Part shown: positions 25,515-37,266 of the stretch, in pieces
How positions within the stretch are numbered: the stretch's first letter is position 1
Layout of the letters: every line of letters starts with the position of its first letter
Source of the DNA: Cyanophora paradoxa CCMP329
Taxonomy: Eukaryota > Plantae > Glaucophyta
Reading direction: 5' to 3'
Length of the DNA stretch: 64,000 nt
Assembly: GCA_004431415.1 (NCBI GenBank)
Contig: QPMI01000429.1
Span: 124,001 to 188,000, forward strand
Notes under the pieces: model-generated
Databases searched by the model: none
What the model saw: the letters and a program-made list of their open reading frames with translations, nothing else
What the model was told of the DNA's origin: nothing
Translations under genes and position numbers: made by a program

Positions 25515-26729
25515 TATTGCAAGGGGGGGTACCCCCTCCCTTGCTCCCCTGGTGAGTTGGTGCGGCGTACTTTCTGTGTTAGCAATTTTTGTAAGATGAG
25601 ATTCTTTGCATGCGCTCTCGTATAGGTGTGATCGCATCGTAGCCGCTGCGAGCGGCGGAAAAAAATGCAGGGGCGGGGCTGCGCAAACATGTCGAGCTCG
25701 CTCCTCACCTGCTATCGCTATATGCGCCGGACCACGTGCTCCTGAATGCTCTCGATGCGCTCTACAACTTCTGTCATACATGCCCGGGCTCGGGGAGCGG
25801 CGCGCGGCGCGCTAGGCCGCCTCAAGTACCTGTTGTACCGGGCGCCGGAAAAAAGCGCTCCTGAGAGTTGGAGGCGCATCGAGACTCGAGCAGGGGGGAA
25901 TGGCGCGTGTCTTGGGTACCACAACGTAGCACGCATGACGCCGTCCGGCGGAGCCCTGCTGCCTCTGAACCTAGCAGCAAGCGAAGTTCAGCTCTGCTCT
26001 AGCTCGCGACCTTGCTCCGACCCACGCGGCTGCCATCCGGGCGGCAAATGCACTCGCTTGCGGGAAGCACTTCACTCGGCAGGAAGGAAGAAGGCGCCCG
26101 CGACGCCGCTTTCCGGTGCGCGTCGCTTGGCCGAGTGATGATCATGACTGCCCCGCGCCCGCCGCCCGGCTGCAATCAAGCTCGGCTCGGACGAAAGGTG
26201 AGCTCGCATGCCGCCCGGCAATCCCGAGCAGAGCGCGCACAGAAGCCATGTCGAACAGCTCCTCTTGCGCATCTTCTTTTCAGCCTCGCGCGCCCACTTC
26301 TCCGGCTGCGGCCTCGAGCTCGGGCCACGCCGTACGCGTTGGCCCCGTAGCAGAGGGTGGCGGCGTCGCAGTATTCGCAGCTGCTCCTAGTACGCAGCGC
26401 CGGGCTAGGCCCCGCCCCCGCGCCGCGGCTGTCCGGGGCGAGCTGACGCCTCGGCTCTTAAGCTTCGCAGGCTATGCGCAGGGCCCGGCGCCACCTGCCG
26501 CTCCGCCCGCTTCCTCGTCCTCCGCCCCGCCCGCTGCCTCAGCTTCGTCGACTCCAGGTTCGCCCCGCCGCTGCTGCTGCGCACCTTACCCGGCCGTCCC
26601 CGCTGGGCCTCGCCTCCGCGCCGAGGCTCTCCGGGGCGAGCTGACGCCTCGCGCCGGGCTCTGCGCAGGCTATGCGCAGGGCCCGGCGCCACCTGCCGCT
26701 CCGCCCGCTTCCTCGCCCGCCGCCCCCCG

Positions 26730-26762
<33 letters not shown>

Positions 26763-27194
26763 CTGCCTCAGCTTCGTCGACTCCGGGTTCGCCCCGCCGC
26801 TGCTACCGCACCTGGCCCGGCCGCCGCCGCTGGGCCCCGCCCCTGCACGGCCGCTGTCTGGGGCGAGCTGACGCCTCGGCTCTGCGTATGTGCAGGCTAT
26901 GCGCAGGGTCAGGTCCCACCTGTCTTTCCTCCCGCTCTCCTGCCCGCCGCCGCCCTCGCCTGCCCGCCAGCCTGCTGCCGCCGCCCACCTCGCCACCCCA
27001 TCCGTCCGCCCCGCCACTGGGCCACCCCACCCGCCCGCCTCGCCACCCCGCCCGCCTCTCCCGCCCGCCTGCCTTGCTCTCTGCCCCCCCCCCCCCCCCC
27101 CGTACCCTGGAATGTGTAGAAGTACCCCCCCTTGCACCTCCGCGCGCGGCCCGCACTTGCTGCTCTTGCACTGGGCCGGGCGCGGTCTGCTAGT
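25515..27194 (+). mobile_element. Non-autonomous Helentron/HINE-like element, copy B, with internal ~200-bp tandem repeats
   Basis: 5' TATTGCAAGGGGGGG followed by CCCTTGC hairpin partner; 3' subterminal CCCCCCCTTGCA (~27125), GC-rich stem-loop, then CTAGT. Confidence 0.65.
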
Positions 27195-27389
27195 ATGAGG
27201 AAGGAGAGGGAGTGGGCGGAGGCAGCAGCTTGGGGTGGGCAGCGGATGCGGGGCAAGGCAGGGAGAGGTCCCGGGACGGCAGAGTGGAGAGAGCGCGCGT
27301 GGGCACTGACAGGCGGCGCAGAGAGCTGGGAGTGCGGAGGCGAGGCGGGCCGCGAGGGGTCGGGAGGGGTCGACCGGGTTATAGGGGGG

Positions 27390-27486
27390 GGCCGAGGCCA
27401 GGGAGGTGGCCGAAGCCATGGGGTTGGCCGAAGCCAGGGGGGTGGCCGAAGCCGATGGGGTGGCCGAAGCCAAAGGGGGGGCCGGG
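27390..27486. repeat. 18-bp minisatellite (GGGGTGGCCGAAGCCNNN), about 5 units
   Basis: Directly visible; reads PLASAT/PSASAT/PLASAN/PMASAT on the minus strand. Confidence 0.8.
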
Positions 27487-29227
27487 GCCATCATGATCAG
27501 CTGCAGGGCGGGCGGGGCATTTTCCCCGTCTGGCGTCGGAGTGGGCCTAGGCCTGGAGGGCAGCTGCAGAGGCGAACCGAGTGCCGCAGGTGCAAGAGAA
27601 GTCAGAGGTCCCGGCGGCGGGTCCTGCATATGCATCGATATCGCGATCGGGCGGCTGGGGGGAGTGGGGGGCCTGGCCTCGGGGCGACGGGGCGACGGGG
27701 AGTCGTGCAATTGCTTGGCGGAAGTTTTCCAAGAGAATCCATGGTTGGCCTTCCGAGCCCGATTCGCAGCAGAAGTCGGTGATGGAGATGGTATCATGGA
27801 GGGAGGGGGCGGGGGGAGGCCTAGCCGCCGCCTAGGGCGGGGGGGAGGGGGGGGGACCAGGCGGCTGCACTAGAGGCGAGCGGGAGGGTTTGGAGTCTGC
27901 ATGTTTGCGGTACCGACGTTTAATTGGTTCTGTCAGTGATGCCGTGTCGGAGCTCCTAGGCGTGGTTGCGGGCGCAGCGGTCTCTCCAGATCGCACCGAT
28001 TCGCACGTGCACGGACAGAATTCGAACGGGAAAAAAGCGATTGAATTCGAAGATCCGGCAAATTAAATAAGAATTCGAAGTTGAGATTCATGATCACTTA
28101 AGCTTGCCATGCAAGTTGAGATCTAGAACCAGTGGTGTCATATAATACGATTATAATTATGTGATTTGTGGTAGCTACTAGGCTATACTAGTAGTCTGCT
28201 GTATCTTGATCTTGAATTGATATGTGATTTGTTACCTTTAGGGCCCAGCCTAGTACCGTAGTAGTACGGGGGCGTTCGAATTCGCCCCACCGTGCGTTAC
28301 GGTAGTCTCTCAAAACAAATTCGGTAACGTTAACGTTAATATTAATTATAACCGTTGAACGGTAATTCGGCTATAGCTCTATGGGGTTCGAATTCACTTT
28401 TTTTGCGGTACGTGGTACTATGTTGGTAGTAAGAAGGTACCTCATTCGCCCGCTTGGCCCCCCTGCAACTGGTACTGAGCCCCTAATAGGCTAGTAGTAG
28501 TCTAGTATAGGGTACTAGTACGGTAGTAGTACCGGTAGCCCGTAGCAGCGTGCTCGGGATCCGCGCTCGCGGCGCGCCGCATCATCATGTGCGCACTGCG
28601 CACGGCACTGCGGCACTGCGGCCGCGGGCATTCCCGGAGTCGGCGACGCCCTGCCATTCCAGGAATATCTAGATCTCCAGCTGCATGCGCAGCAGCGCAG
28701 GCCTGAGGTACCGGGCAATTTCGAATTGCAGCCAGCCTGGCCAGAGAGTCTGCAGCTGCAGGCTGCAGCTTGCACCAGCCAGCAGCGCTAGCATCAGTCG
28801 CCTAGGCCTACCGTACGCGTATACGTAATACGGCGCTGGAGACATTCCGATGGGCGTCTCTCACAGCCAGCTTTCAGTTTTCGGTAGGAATGACACCGTT
28901 ATCGCGACAAAGTTGTCCGAGAAGGAGGAGCTCACCGCGGCAGAGCTGGGCGATCCCTGCGCGTGAGTGCTGCAGCTGACGCAGCGTTGATACATAAATA
29001 TCAACATTTACGTGCATATGCATATGTGCTCAGCGTCTGGATCCACCGCGCATGCGCAGGACGTACCCAGGGGCTCGATACTATGCCGTGAACACGAAAT
29101 GCTACGATTCGGATGGAAAATTGAAAGGGGGTTCCTGTTCGGCAAGTTCTCTTTTTGATTGACGTTTATATTAATCATGATATCGATAGATATATATTTA
29201 TATATCATGAGCATGAAAGCTTAAGCC

Positions 29228-30028
29228 TTGATCATGAAAGATCTCGAACTTGTATGCGCAGTTCTCACGATTTCCAAACAGAACTGGAGCTCAAAGACAT
29301 ACTGTGGCGAGAGGAGCATCAAGTTTGCTACTTCTGACGTTTTCACTTCCCTTTCTGGTTGTGGTGCGCGCGGCCCGATGCTGTGTTCGGGGTTGAATAC
29401 GTTTGCGGTAAAAATTGCATACATATGCATGCTGCTGACTGCGAATCCGGGACTCGTTGATGATATTACAGAGAATGGTGCACAACCTTCAGGGTCCTAC
29501 AAGCTGTGGGACGTCGACGGGAAGGAGTCGACTTCTCTGAATCTGCTTTTCGGCAAGACGGATGCCGAGAAGTTATGGTTCCCAGATGCTCAGCAGAGCC
29601 TGTACATCACCACCCGCGAGTACGAATGCAAATCGAATGCTCCTTACTCAGCGAACACGTGCAAGAATGGAACGACGACCGAGAAGGGAATCATCCAGAA
29701 ATGCGTGCCTTACGAAGGGTGAAAACTTATGCCCCCCCGGGCCCAGGCTCTCGGGATCTGCACCCACCGAGGCACGCAATTCTGATCTTGTCTGAACAGG
29801 CATGCTGTTGGAAGATGGATGCTGGGATACGAACAGGAAGACTCCGTGGAGCCCAGCATTCAACTTTCTCGCTTTATCGACTGGCCGCCCGAGAAAGGCC
29901 TCCACACAGTAAGCGAAAGGGCATCTGTGTGCCGGTTCAGCAACGCCAAATATTATGACAACGAAGAAGGGGTCAGAACGGAGTGGTGCGCGTCCGGACC
30001 CCCAGCCCATGTCTCTGTGCTCTTCCAA
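29228..30028 (+). other. Possible spliced gene fragment of unknown function
   Basis: ORFs 29228-29722 and 29819-30073 join in frame across a GT-AG intron (~29719-29799; ...CVPYEG|HAVGRWMLGY...). No recognisable motif. Confidence 0.3.
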
Positions 30029-31663
30029 GTTCGCTTTAATTGCCCGAGAGCTCAAGCTCTAGTTGATTATTAATTGACACGGTGACATGATCGCGCATAT
30101 GCCGTGCGTCGTACGGATACGCATTCATCAGCGTTGCATCGTGCGTACGCGTCTGATATATATAGCTGGCTTATATTATGAAAACATTTTCATCATCGAT
30201 ATCATTTGCCCACGCAACGCTTGCAGATGTTATGGAGCGAGGGAAGTGGACAACTGCTGGGGTTGCGCGGATGTCTGTAATGCGTACATCGCAAGGGTGA
30301 GTAATTTTCCGGGATCGCATCGATATCGCTGCAGCTGCATATACATTGGGAACAGAGCGGAAACAGACACCTGCGGAAAATACATCTTTACTTATAACAA
30401 GGGGTGATTGTCCTAGCTATTAAACTACGTATACTAGGCTACAACAGGGCCGAGAATGTCTCTGAAATTCAACCGCTTTAATTTAAGTTCACATGGGGTG
30501 ATTATCTTTGACTTCGAAATCCACTAAGTGCACGCGTACAGGGCTGGCGTTATCAAATGAGTGATTTCGAGCAATGCATTCAAGGGCTCCAAATTGACAC
30601 GGATACCAACGTGGTCGTGCGCCGGCGCCACTTTTTTGCGCGCCTTGTGTCTTCCGATTCTGCTCATTCTATTGGATGTGCGCATGCGCAGGATTCAGAG
30701 GACATGTGCACGTGCGCCGCTGCAGCTGACGACTTCGAGCTCGAGCTCGAGCTCGCCGACGCCTCTCTCGCCGCGTATCTCGCAGCCGCCGCTGACATCG
30801 ATGCTGCGGTTATGGCCTGATCATGACTTGAGATCATGAGCATGATCATGAGAAGCCTTTGAAGTGAGGCCTCGCTATATATATATATATAGACACGTAT
30901 ACGTATACGTATCATATGCATAGTATACATGTACAGGCTTGTGCGTTTTTATATTTTTACGTACGAGGCCCTACCCCGCCCCTCCACTCCCCCCGGCGCG
31001 AAAATTGAAAGGTGATGGGGCCGGGCCTTCAGTTTTCCGCTGATCATGACCGTCGGACTCAGTGAGATCACCACGTATACGTAGCAGTACATGTATATAT
31101 AGCCCGTTCACACAGTACTTATAACTAGGGGCCCGGCCGCGTTTGGCGCGCCGGGGGTGCAAGGGGGGAACCGGGATCTAATGAAAGAGTCGTAGTGGCA
31201 CGGACATGCACGGGGCAGATCTAGATCGACCCCGGCCCAGCGCGCGCGGCAGGTTGAAGTGTAAAGGTACACACAGAGTATATGTGATTGAAAAAATAAG
31301 AAAAGGCCCGATAAGCAGACGCTGCGATCGAACCGCTGCCCACCGAAGTGGGAGGCCACGACTCGTAAAGAAAAGCCTCAATGAAAGGCCGGCCAGATTC
31401 AGGGCACTGTATACGTATATGAAAGATTGTTCTGGAGCGAAAAAACGCTGCGCATCAACTGTGTTCGCACGGCCTACCGCTAACCCTGAACATGTACAGC
31501 TGGCTAAAAGATGATGGTGCTGTCTGCAGAGGGCTCGCCGTAAACATAGGCAATCCAGGCCTAGGCCTTCTGGCGGAAGTCGGGGCGGAAGTCGACCATG
31601 GGGGTGAGCGGCAGCCAGCGGCGCCGGTCCTAGGCCTGAAGAGAGCCGTCTTGCGAGAGCATG

Positions 31664-33455
31664 CACTAGTAAAAGGGGGGTCGCCGGAGCCTGTTTCAGC
31701 CTGATTAATATCAGGCTAGCCTGATTCGAAAACAGGCTGGAATCAGGCTGGGCCGCCAGCCTGAATCCAGCCTGATTGCCAAACAGGCTAGCCTGATTAG
31801 CTATCAGGCTAGCCTGATTTCTTTACAGGCCGGACTCCAGCCTGCACCCAAGCCTAATTCGAATAGCTATCAGGCTGGAGTCGGCTGGTCAGGCTGAATC
31901 AGGCTGAGCGCGCCAGCACACATAGAAGCATCGGAACTCGCACTCTTAATATGATAAGCACTAGTACTAGTACTACGTATACGGTACTGTTCTACATCTA
32001 AACATGCAGACGGAATTGAAAAGCGGCAAAAGGGCAGTGGTTCTCCAGGAGATATTGCGGATCCGGGCCCGCGCTCCTCGCAGGCCGCGGCGCCGGACGC
32101 CGCGCTCGGCATGTGGATGTGCCGTGCGGTGTCGCGCACGGGGAGCCGCGCGGAGCTGCCCGCGGCCGCCGCCGGGCCGAGACGCCCGTCCTAGGAGATA
32201 ATGTCAGAATAAGGTCAGACGATGGGTGTTCGGATGGGGGCGATCTGAAGGCGCGCAGCAGCGCGTATTGAAGAGTTATTTAAGATCATGTATAAAGCTT
32301 AAGAGCGGCGCCGTGGCCTGGCAAGCGCGCACCAAAAAAGCGCGGCACTCCGCTGCAGCTTCGCGTGGAGAGCTCGCCAGGGAAATCTGGACAAGCAGAA
32401 CTCGAGGTTAGATGCAGACTAGTGCGAGGAAGAAGAGAGAGCGACCGCAGCAGCGATTCCCGTGGCCCAGCGGCCCGGCAGCGCTCCCAGGAAGTCGATT
32501 CTAAAAGTGAGCTGCCGGGCCCTATACTAGGATAATTTAACTCGTATTGAAGCCCTTTATAAGCCTACGTGGTCGGCCGAAAGTTGATTCTCCCCCCCCC
32601 CCTAAGGTCTCCGCGGACCTGGCCATGGGCGAGCTCGGCGACGGGATGGTCGTACTGGCAAGGAAGCCGCCGGCTCCCGCGCGGCCGTTCCGCGAGCATC
32701 ATGAAGGTACGCGCTCCTCCCGGCCGGCCGCTCGCCGGCGCCCGATCCCGGCCGAGGCCCGCTCGCCCTTGCTGACTCGCGGTTCCAGATCTTTGCCTGC
32801 TTCGAGGCGTGCAGCCCCGCGCGACTTCGCCTCGCGATCCTCGATGAAGGTACGCGCTCCTCCCGGCCGGCCGCTCGCCGGCGCCCGATCCCGGCCGAGG
32901 CCCGCTCGCCCTTGCTGACTCGCGGCCCCAGATCTCGCATGCGGGCGACTGGCAGCACAAGCTGCGACGCTCGATGTGGATGCGCATTGGCGACCGCCGC
33001 CCTCCAGCGCTCCCTTGCTCCCCCGGCGCTACGGGCAGGAGCGCTGCGACCGCTGACGAGGACCGCTGCGACCGGTTTAGTTTCAGTTATTGAATGTTTA
33101 TAGTGCGTTCTCGAATGTTTTAGATGTACGTAGAACAGTGCTTCTCGTATGTGCAATGCGAGTTCCGATGCTTCTACGTGTGCTGGCGCGGTGCTGGGGG
33201 CGGGGCGGGGGTAGCAAGCCTGATCCAGCCTGAAATAAGCCTGATTCGAGCCTGATGTTCAAGCCTGTTTGAAGCCTGATTTAAGCCTCATTCAGCCTGA
33301 TCCAAGCCTGATTCAAGCCTGTTTCAGCCTGTTTCAAATCAGGCTTAGTCCTCCGAAATTAGGCTGAGCCTGTTTCGCCCAGCCTGTCTCAGCCTTATTT
33401 AAGCCTGATATTAATCAGGCTGAAACAGGCTCCGGCGACCCCCCTTTTACTAGTG
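31664..33455. mobile_element. Non-autonomous CACTA (EnSpm) DNA transposon
   Basis: Perfect TIRs CACTAGTAAAAGGGGGGTCGCCGGAGCCTGTTTCAGCCTGATTAATATCAGGCT (>50 bp), 3-bp TSD ATG (31661-31663, 33456-33458), many subterminal AGCCTG repeats in both orientations. Confidence 0.93.
32701..32925. repeat. ~82-bp direct repeat (32701-32782 and 32844-32925) inside the CACTA element
   Basis: ATGAAGGTACGCGCTCCTCCCGGCC...GCTGACTCGCGG occurs twice. Confidence 0.85.
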
Positions 33456-33618
33456 ATGGTGAGGCGGCCCGCCGCCTCGAGCGCCCGCAGAGCCACGCGG
33501 CTGGCGCGCCGCTCGCTCCCGCCGCGCACAAGCCGCACGTCGAGCGCAGCACGCGACAAGACCGCCCGGCCCGGCCGTCGTGCTCGCCTGCGGGCAGTGG
33601 CGCGCGCGATTCTGCGGT

Positions 33619-34583
33619 ACTAGGTCTTCGACTCGCCCCCACCCCCGCTCGTCTCAGGAGGTGCAAGGTGGGGTCTAAATTAAAGAATTGGAAGGGGCGC
33701 TGACAGAATACAACAACTAAGTAATGCTCAGCGGCCGCCCACCTCCGCCCCGCCCGGCGAGCCGCACCGCCGCCCGCACCTCCGCCCCGCGCGCCGGTGC
33801 CCGGAGAGGCTGGGAGAGCTGCGCATGCGCCTCCGCCCGCCTTCGCCCCGCGCGGCGAGCCGCGCTGCTGCCCACCGCGCCCCCGTCCCGCCTGCCGAAC
33901 CGCGCCGCCGCCTGCCGCGCGGCGCGCGGCGCCTCCACCCGGCTCCGCCGGCTGAGCTGAGCTGCCACGCGCGCGTCGCGCCTCCGAGGCTCCGTCCCGC
34001 TTGGCGAGCCGCGCCGACCGCTGCCCGACCGCCCCGCCCGTCATATGCATGGCGCCGCTGCGCACTCCCGCGTGCCGCGCCTGGGCCGGGTTAGCCGAGC
34101 AGCGGAGGGCGAAATGTCCAGCTAGGGCCGTCGGACACGGGAGCTCGAGGCGGTGGCGCGCGCGGCCCCGGCGGCTCGCGCGCCGGCAGAGCGGAGCGCG
34201 CGCGCGCGCGGCGCGACGCCCCGGCCGCGCGCGCGCGGATGCGCGGCGGGCGGCGGCGCGATTATATATATATATGCTTAGCTGCGCTCTGCAAGCAGTG
34301 CATGCTGCCGGCGCCTGCCGCAGTGCAGCCTGGCAGTGCAGCTGCAGGCTGGCACATCGCGGTTGCGTGGGCGGCAAGTCGTCGGCGGCGGCAAGGAGCC
34401 TTGCGCGGGATACAGCAAAAAGAGACGTCCGGCGGCGCCGGCCTTATCCTCAGGGGGGTACCACAAAAAGACTTATCGCCGACGGGAAAAAGACCGACTT
34501 GCGAACTGGCCGACTTGGACAGCGTGACAGACAATCCGACGGGTAGCAAGGGGGGTTTGAGCAGCTGACCCCCCCTTGCAATA
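33619..34583 (-). mobile_element. Non-autonomous Helentron/HINE-like element, copy A' (same subfamily as 14998-16283), nested in copy C
   Basis: Shares ~80 bp of 5' end (GCAAGGGGGGGTCAGCTGCTCAAACCCCCC...CACGCTGTCCAAGTCGGCCAGT) and ~60 bp of 3' end (TTTAGACCCCACCTTGCAC...GAAGACCTAGTA) with copy A. Confidence 0.75.
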
Positions 34584-35176
34584 AGCTCGATGTCGGCGGC
34601 TTGCTGACCGCAGCAACAGACTACGGTCTGGACGGCCTGACGTGCCCGGCTGCGATCAGCGGCGCAGGCAGCGGGCGGCGCAAGCGGTTTTTGCGGTTTC
34701 ACCCTCGAAAACCAGTACGCGTACCGTGCGGCGTACGCGGCGCAGTGCGAGGAAGCCGAAATCTAGAGGAGACAGCTAGAGAGAAGTGCATGCCATGCAA
34801 AACCGCCGCGTGACGCACTGCGGCAGCGCACCGCCGCGCGAACGAGAGCCCACATCTAGAGGAGTGATCATGAGCGCGAAGTTGGTTTTCCCCTCGAAAA
34901 CCAGTTTTCGCGAGAACGCTGACCGGTCCACCGAGCCAATCGGAACGCGAATAAGCCCCTTTTTTTCCCGCGTTGCATACTGGACCTCGAAAACGGCCTC
35001 ATAGAAAATTTTTGGCTGAAGCGAGGGAACGGGGAGCAAGGGGGGAAGACCTTCGGTCTTCTTTCCCCCCTTGCAATATAGCCCGTTCACACAATACTTA
35101 TAACTAGTATTTTATCCACCCTGAAAATGAACTCGAACATGATATTGCAGTCCAAGTAAAACGGTAATTCATAATC

Positions 35177-35258
35177 TCAGGCGCGAGGAGGGGCGCTGAG
35201 CGGGAAGAAAGGGTATCGCTCGGGAAGCTTGGAGTCACAGGGGTACGTATACTCGACG
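35177..35258 (-). pseudogene. Orphaned original 3' end (26 codons + TGA) of the Ca2+-ATPase, displaced by the PLV insertion
   Basis: Removing the element and one TSD copy restores an open frame ...MTSIR-VEYTYPCDSKLPERYPFFPLSAPPRA*. Confidence 0.6.
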
Positions 35259-35264
35259 CGGATC

Positions 35265-36128
35265 GCTCGCTGGGTGGCCAACCCCACCAATTGCGCGACC
35301 TTCCCCACTACCATTCTCAGTAAGCCCATTATCCATTTTCAAATTTCTCAGTAAGGCTCAGTAACAAATTATAAATTAGCACTGTATTTTTCAAACATCT
35401 AACCTCTCCTTACTGAAACCAATCACGAAACCCTTTCATTCTTCATTTTTCTAATTCCTTACCATTCCCAGTAAGCCCTTTAACTTTCCCCCGATCTCTC
35501 AGTAAGGACAGTAAGACCCCTATTTTAATGAAATGTTCCCGATCGTTTCCGGACTGTTTTCAGTTAGCCAAATTGAAAAATCAAGGTGAGCCCCACCAAT
35601 TAAACAAGTGATCCCCACTTAAAGACTTCCCGTTAATATACTGTAACAATGGCAAGCAATCAAGTAAATCTACCTGAGAGTAAGCAATGCAATGTTTGTG
35701 ACAAGGTAAAACCGGCATCAAGTTATGAATTGAAAAAGAGTAGCTCAGGGAATAAAACATTGTCGTGGAGATGCAAAGACTGTGATCGAGAGTATCACAA
35801 TTACCTTTATCATTTCGTGTTAAAAACGCGTCCGAAGATCGAAGTACAATCGAAGGTATGCTCGCACTGCAAGATTGAAAAGCCTGCAAGCGAGTATAAT
35901 AAAAAACAAAGCACAAAGGATGGTCTCTACTATCAATGCCGAGAATGTTATAGTAAAACTCGTAAGAGTTAAAACCGAATTGCACTTTATCTATTCTTTT
36001 TAAAGCAAGTTTGTGCATGAGCAAGCATGCCGAAAATGCCCACCTGCACAAACTCGCGAATTCAATCGAAATGTTCCATTTAATGCACTGGAACCACTCG
36101 CGCCCCGCCCACTATGCAAGATACATGC
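35265..36128 (+). repeat. Left terminal inverted repeat (864 bp)
   Basis: Reverse complement of 58615-59476. Differences seen: one substitution at position 6 and two 1-bp homopolymer indels. Confidence 0.97.
35649..35972 (+). CDS. TIR-encoded protein with two tandem CxxC...CxxC zinc-finger repeats
   Basis: KQCNVCDKVKPASSY...WRCKDC and KVCSHCKIEKPASEY...DGLYYQCREC, a repeat type common in phage and giant-virus proteins. Confidence 0.8.
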   Translation: MASNQVNLPESKQCNVCDKVKPASSYELKKSSSGNKTLSWRCKDCDREYHNYLYHFVLKTRPKIEVQSKVCSHCKIEKPASEYNKKQSTKDGLYYQCRECYSKTRKS

Positions 36129-36178
36129 AAACTACATGCGAGATACATATATAAATTGTTTTTCTCTTCCTATAATAA

Positions 36179-36986
36179 ATGAAGACTCACTTTTACCATA
36201 AATATACCGGCAACAAGTATAATGAAATGGATACGATCTATCAATATATCGATTTAGAAGGAATTAATAAAGTTATAGAACCGTTTTGTGGTTCAGGTGC
36301 TTGTAGTTTCTATCTTTGGGAAAAGCATAAAGACCGGTTTGATTATTATATGAATGATAACGACGAAACCCATACCCTTTTTTGAATACAATGAAAGACC
36401 CAGACAATAAAGTTAAACTCTTAGAGAGTCTTAAACAGTTCGAAGCAGTAAGCAATATAGAAGAGCATAAAGAAGTCTATAAGAAGTTTCTACAACATGA
36501 TCGTAAGGATGCAATGGATTACTTAGCTCACCATTTCTATCTTCTTAAAAACAGCGTTTTAAATGTTAAAACCCTCCGTGATTTCAAAAAACGAAACGTG
36601 AAGGTGAGTCCATATACAACTCTTAAAAAGAAGATGCCTTACGATGATTTCATAAAAGGAGTCAACCTATCCCATGGGGATTTTCGCGATATTGTAGCCA
36701 AATATAGAGATGACGAAGCGGCTTTATATTTCTCGATCCTCCATACGTAAACAGCAATAATGACTTTTACGAAAATGTAGAATTCGATTTAGAAACCTTC
36801 TTTTTGGATTTGGAAGACCTATTTAAGACAGCGAAATGCAAGGTTATGATGGTTGTAAATGATGCTCTTTTAATGAAACTCCTATTTAAACCCTATATTC
36901 GCCATACGTATGGCAAAGTGTATGGTATAACAAAACGAAAAAGGAACCATATCATAATGACTAACTATGAACTTGGTGAAAAATAA
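36179..36986 (+). CDS. Dam-like (D12 class) N6-adenine DNA methyltransferase, about 270 aa; two homopolymer frameshifts
   Basis: KYTGNK, IEPFCGSGA (motif I), MND, and FLDPPY (motif IV) in a shifted frame at ~36730. Adding one T at ~36380 and one at ~36724 restores a single ORF. Confidence 0.9.
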
Positions 36987-37266
36987 CGACTCAGTCGTAT
37001 ATATATCTTGTATATATATATAAACCTCCGTGTGTGTGATCCCGCACAACTATGAATTTTTTGTTTTGTTTTTGTTTTTTTCGCATATGACGACATATAC
37101 ATATATATACCGGCGTCACCGACAAATTCAGGGTCATCACATCGCGGCGATTCCGAAAACATATAGCATGCCACAAAGTAGTTTTTTATGTGTTTTTCGA
37201 TCGATCGACCAATCGCGGATGTGAGCGTAACTGACTGTTTTATTTTATTTAATTTATCATTCATGG

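Larger units (their letters stand above)
31124..35078 (-). mobile_element. Non-autonomous Helentron/HINE-like element, copy C, carrying two nested insertions
   Basis: On the minus strand it starts TATTGCAAGGGGGG...CCCCCCTTGC (hairpin) and ends CCCCCCTTGCA + stem-loop (CCCGGC...GCCGGG) + CTAGT. Confidence 0.65.

Noticed and set aside
1-27900. Hundreds of long Arg/Pro/Gly/Ala-rich ORFs in the six-frame track
   Set aside because: Artefacts of very high GC and read-through of introns; only exon segments with family motifs were accepted.
25073-28039. 16-bp direct repeat GAACGGGAAAAAAGCG at ~25073 and ~28024
   Set aside because: No extended homology, so it cannot be called an LTR or TSD.
28250-28540. 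Palindrome-rich TAGTA/GTAC segment as a MITE
   Set aside because: No clean TIR pair or TSD could be delimited by eye.
35259-35264. GATC within the TSD as evidence of methyltransferase-guided targeting
   Set aside because: Single site and the MTase specificity is unknown; likely coincidence.
35565-35582. Mimivirus early promoter AAAATTGA upstream of the TIR gene
   Set aside because: The sequence is CAAATTGA, an imperfect match present only as the TIR pair; insufficient.
35581-36051. 156-aa minus-strand ORF in the TIR (and its mirror at 58692-59161)
   Set aside because: Antisense shadow of the zinc-finger gene with no motifs.
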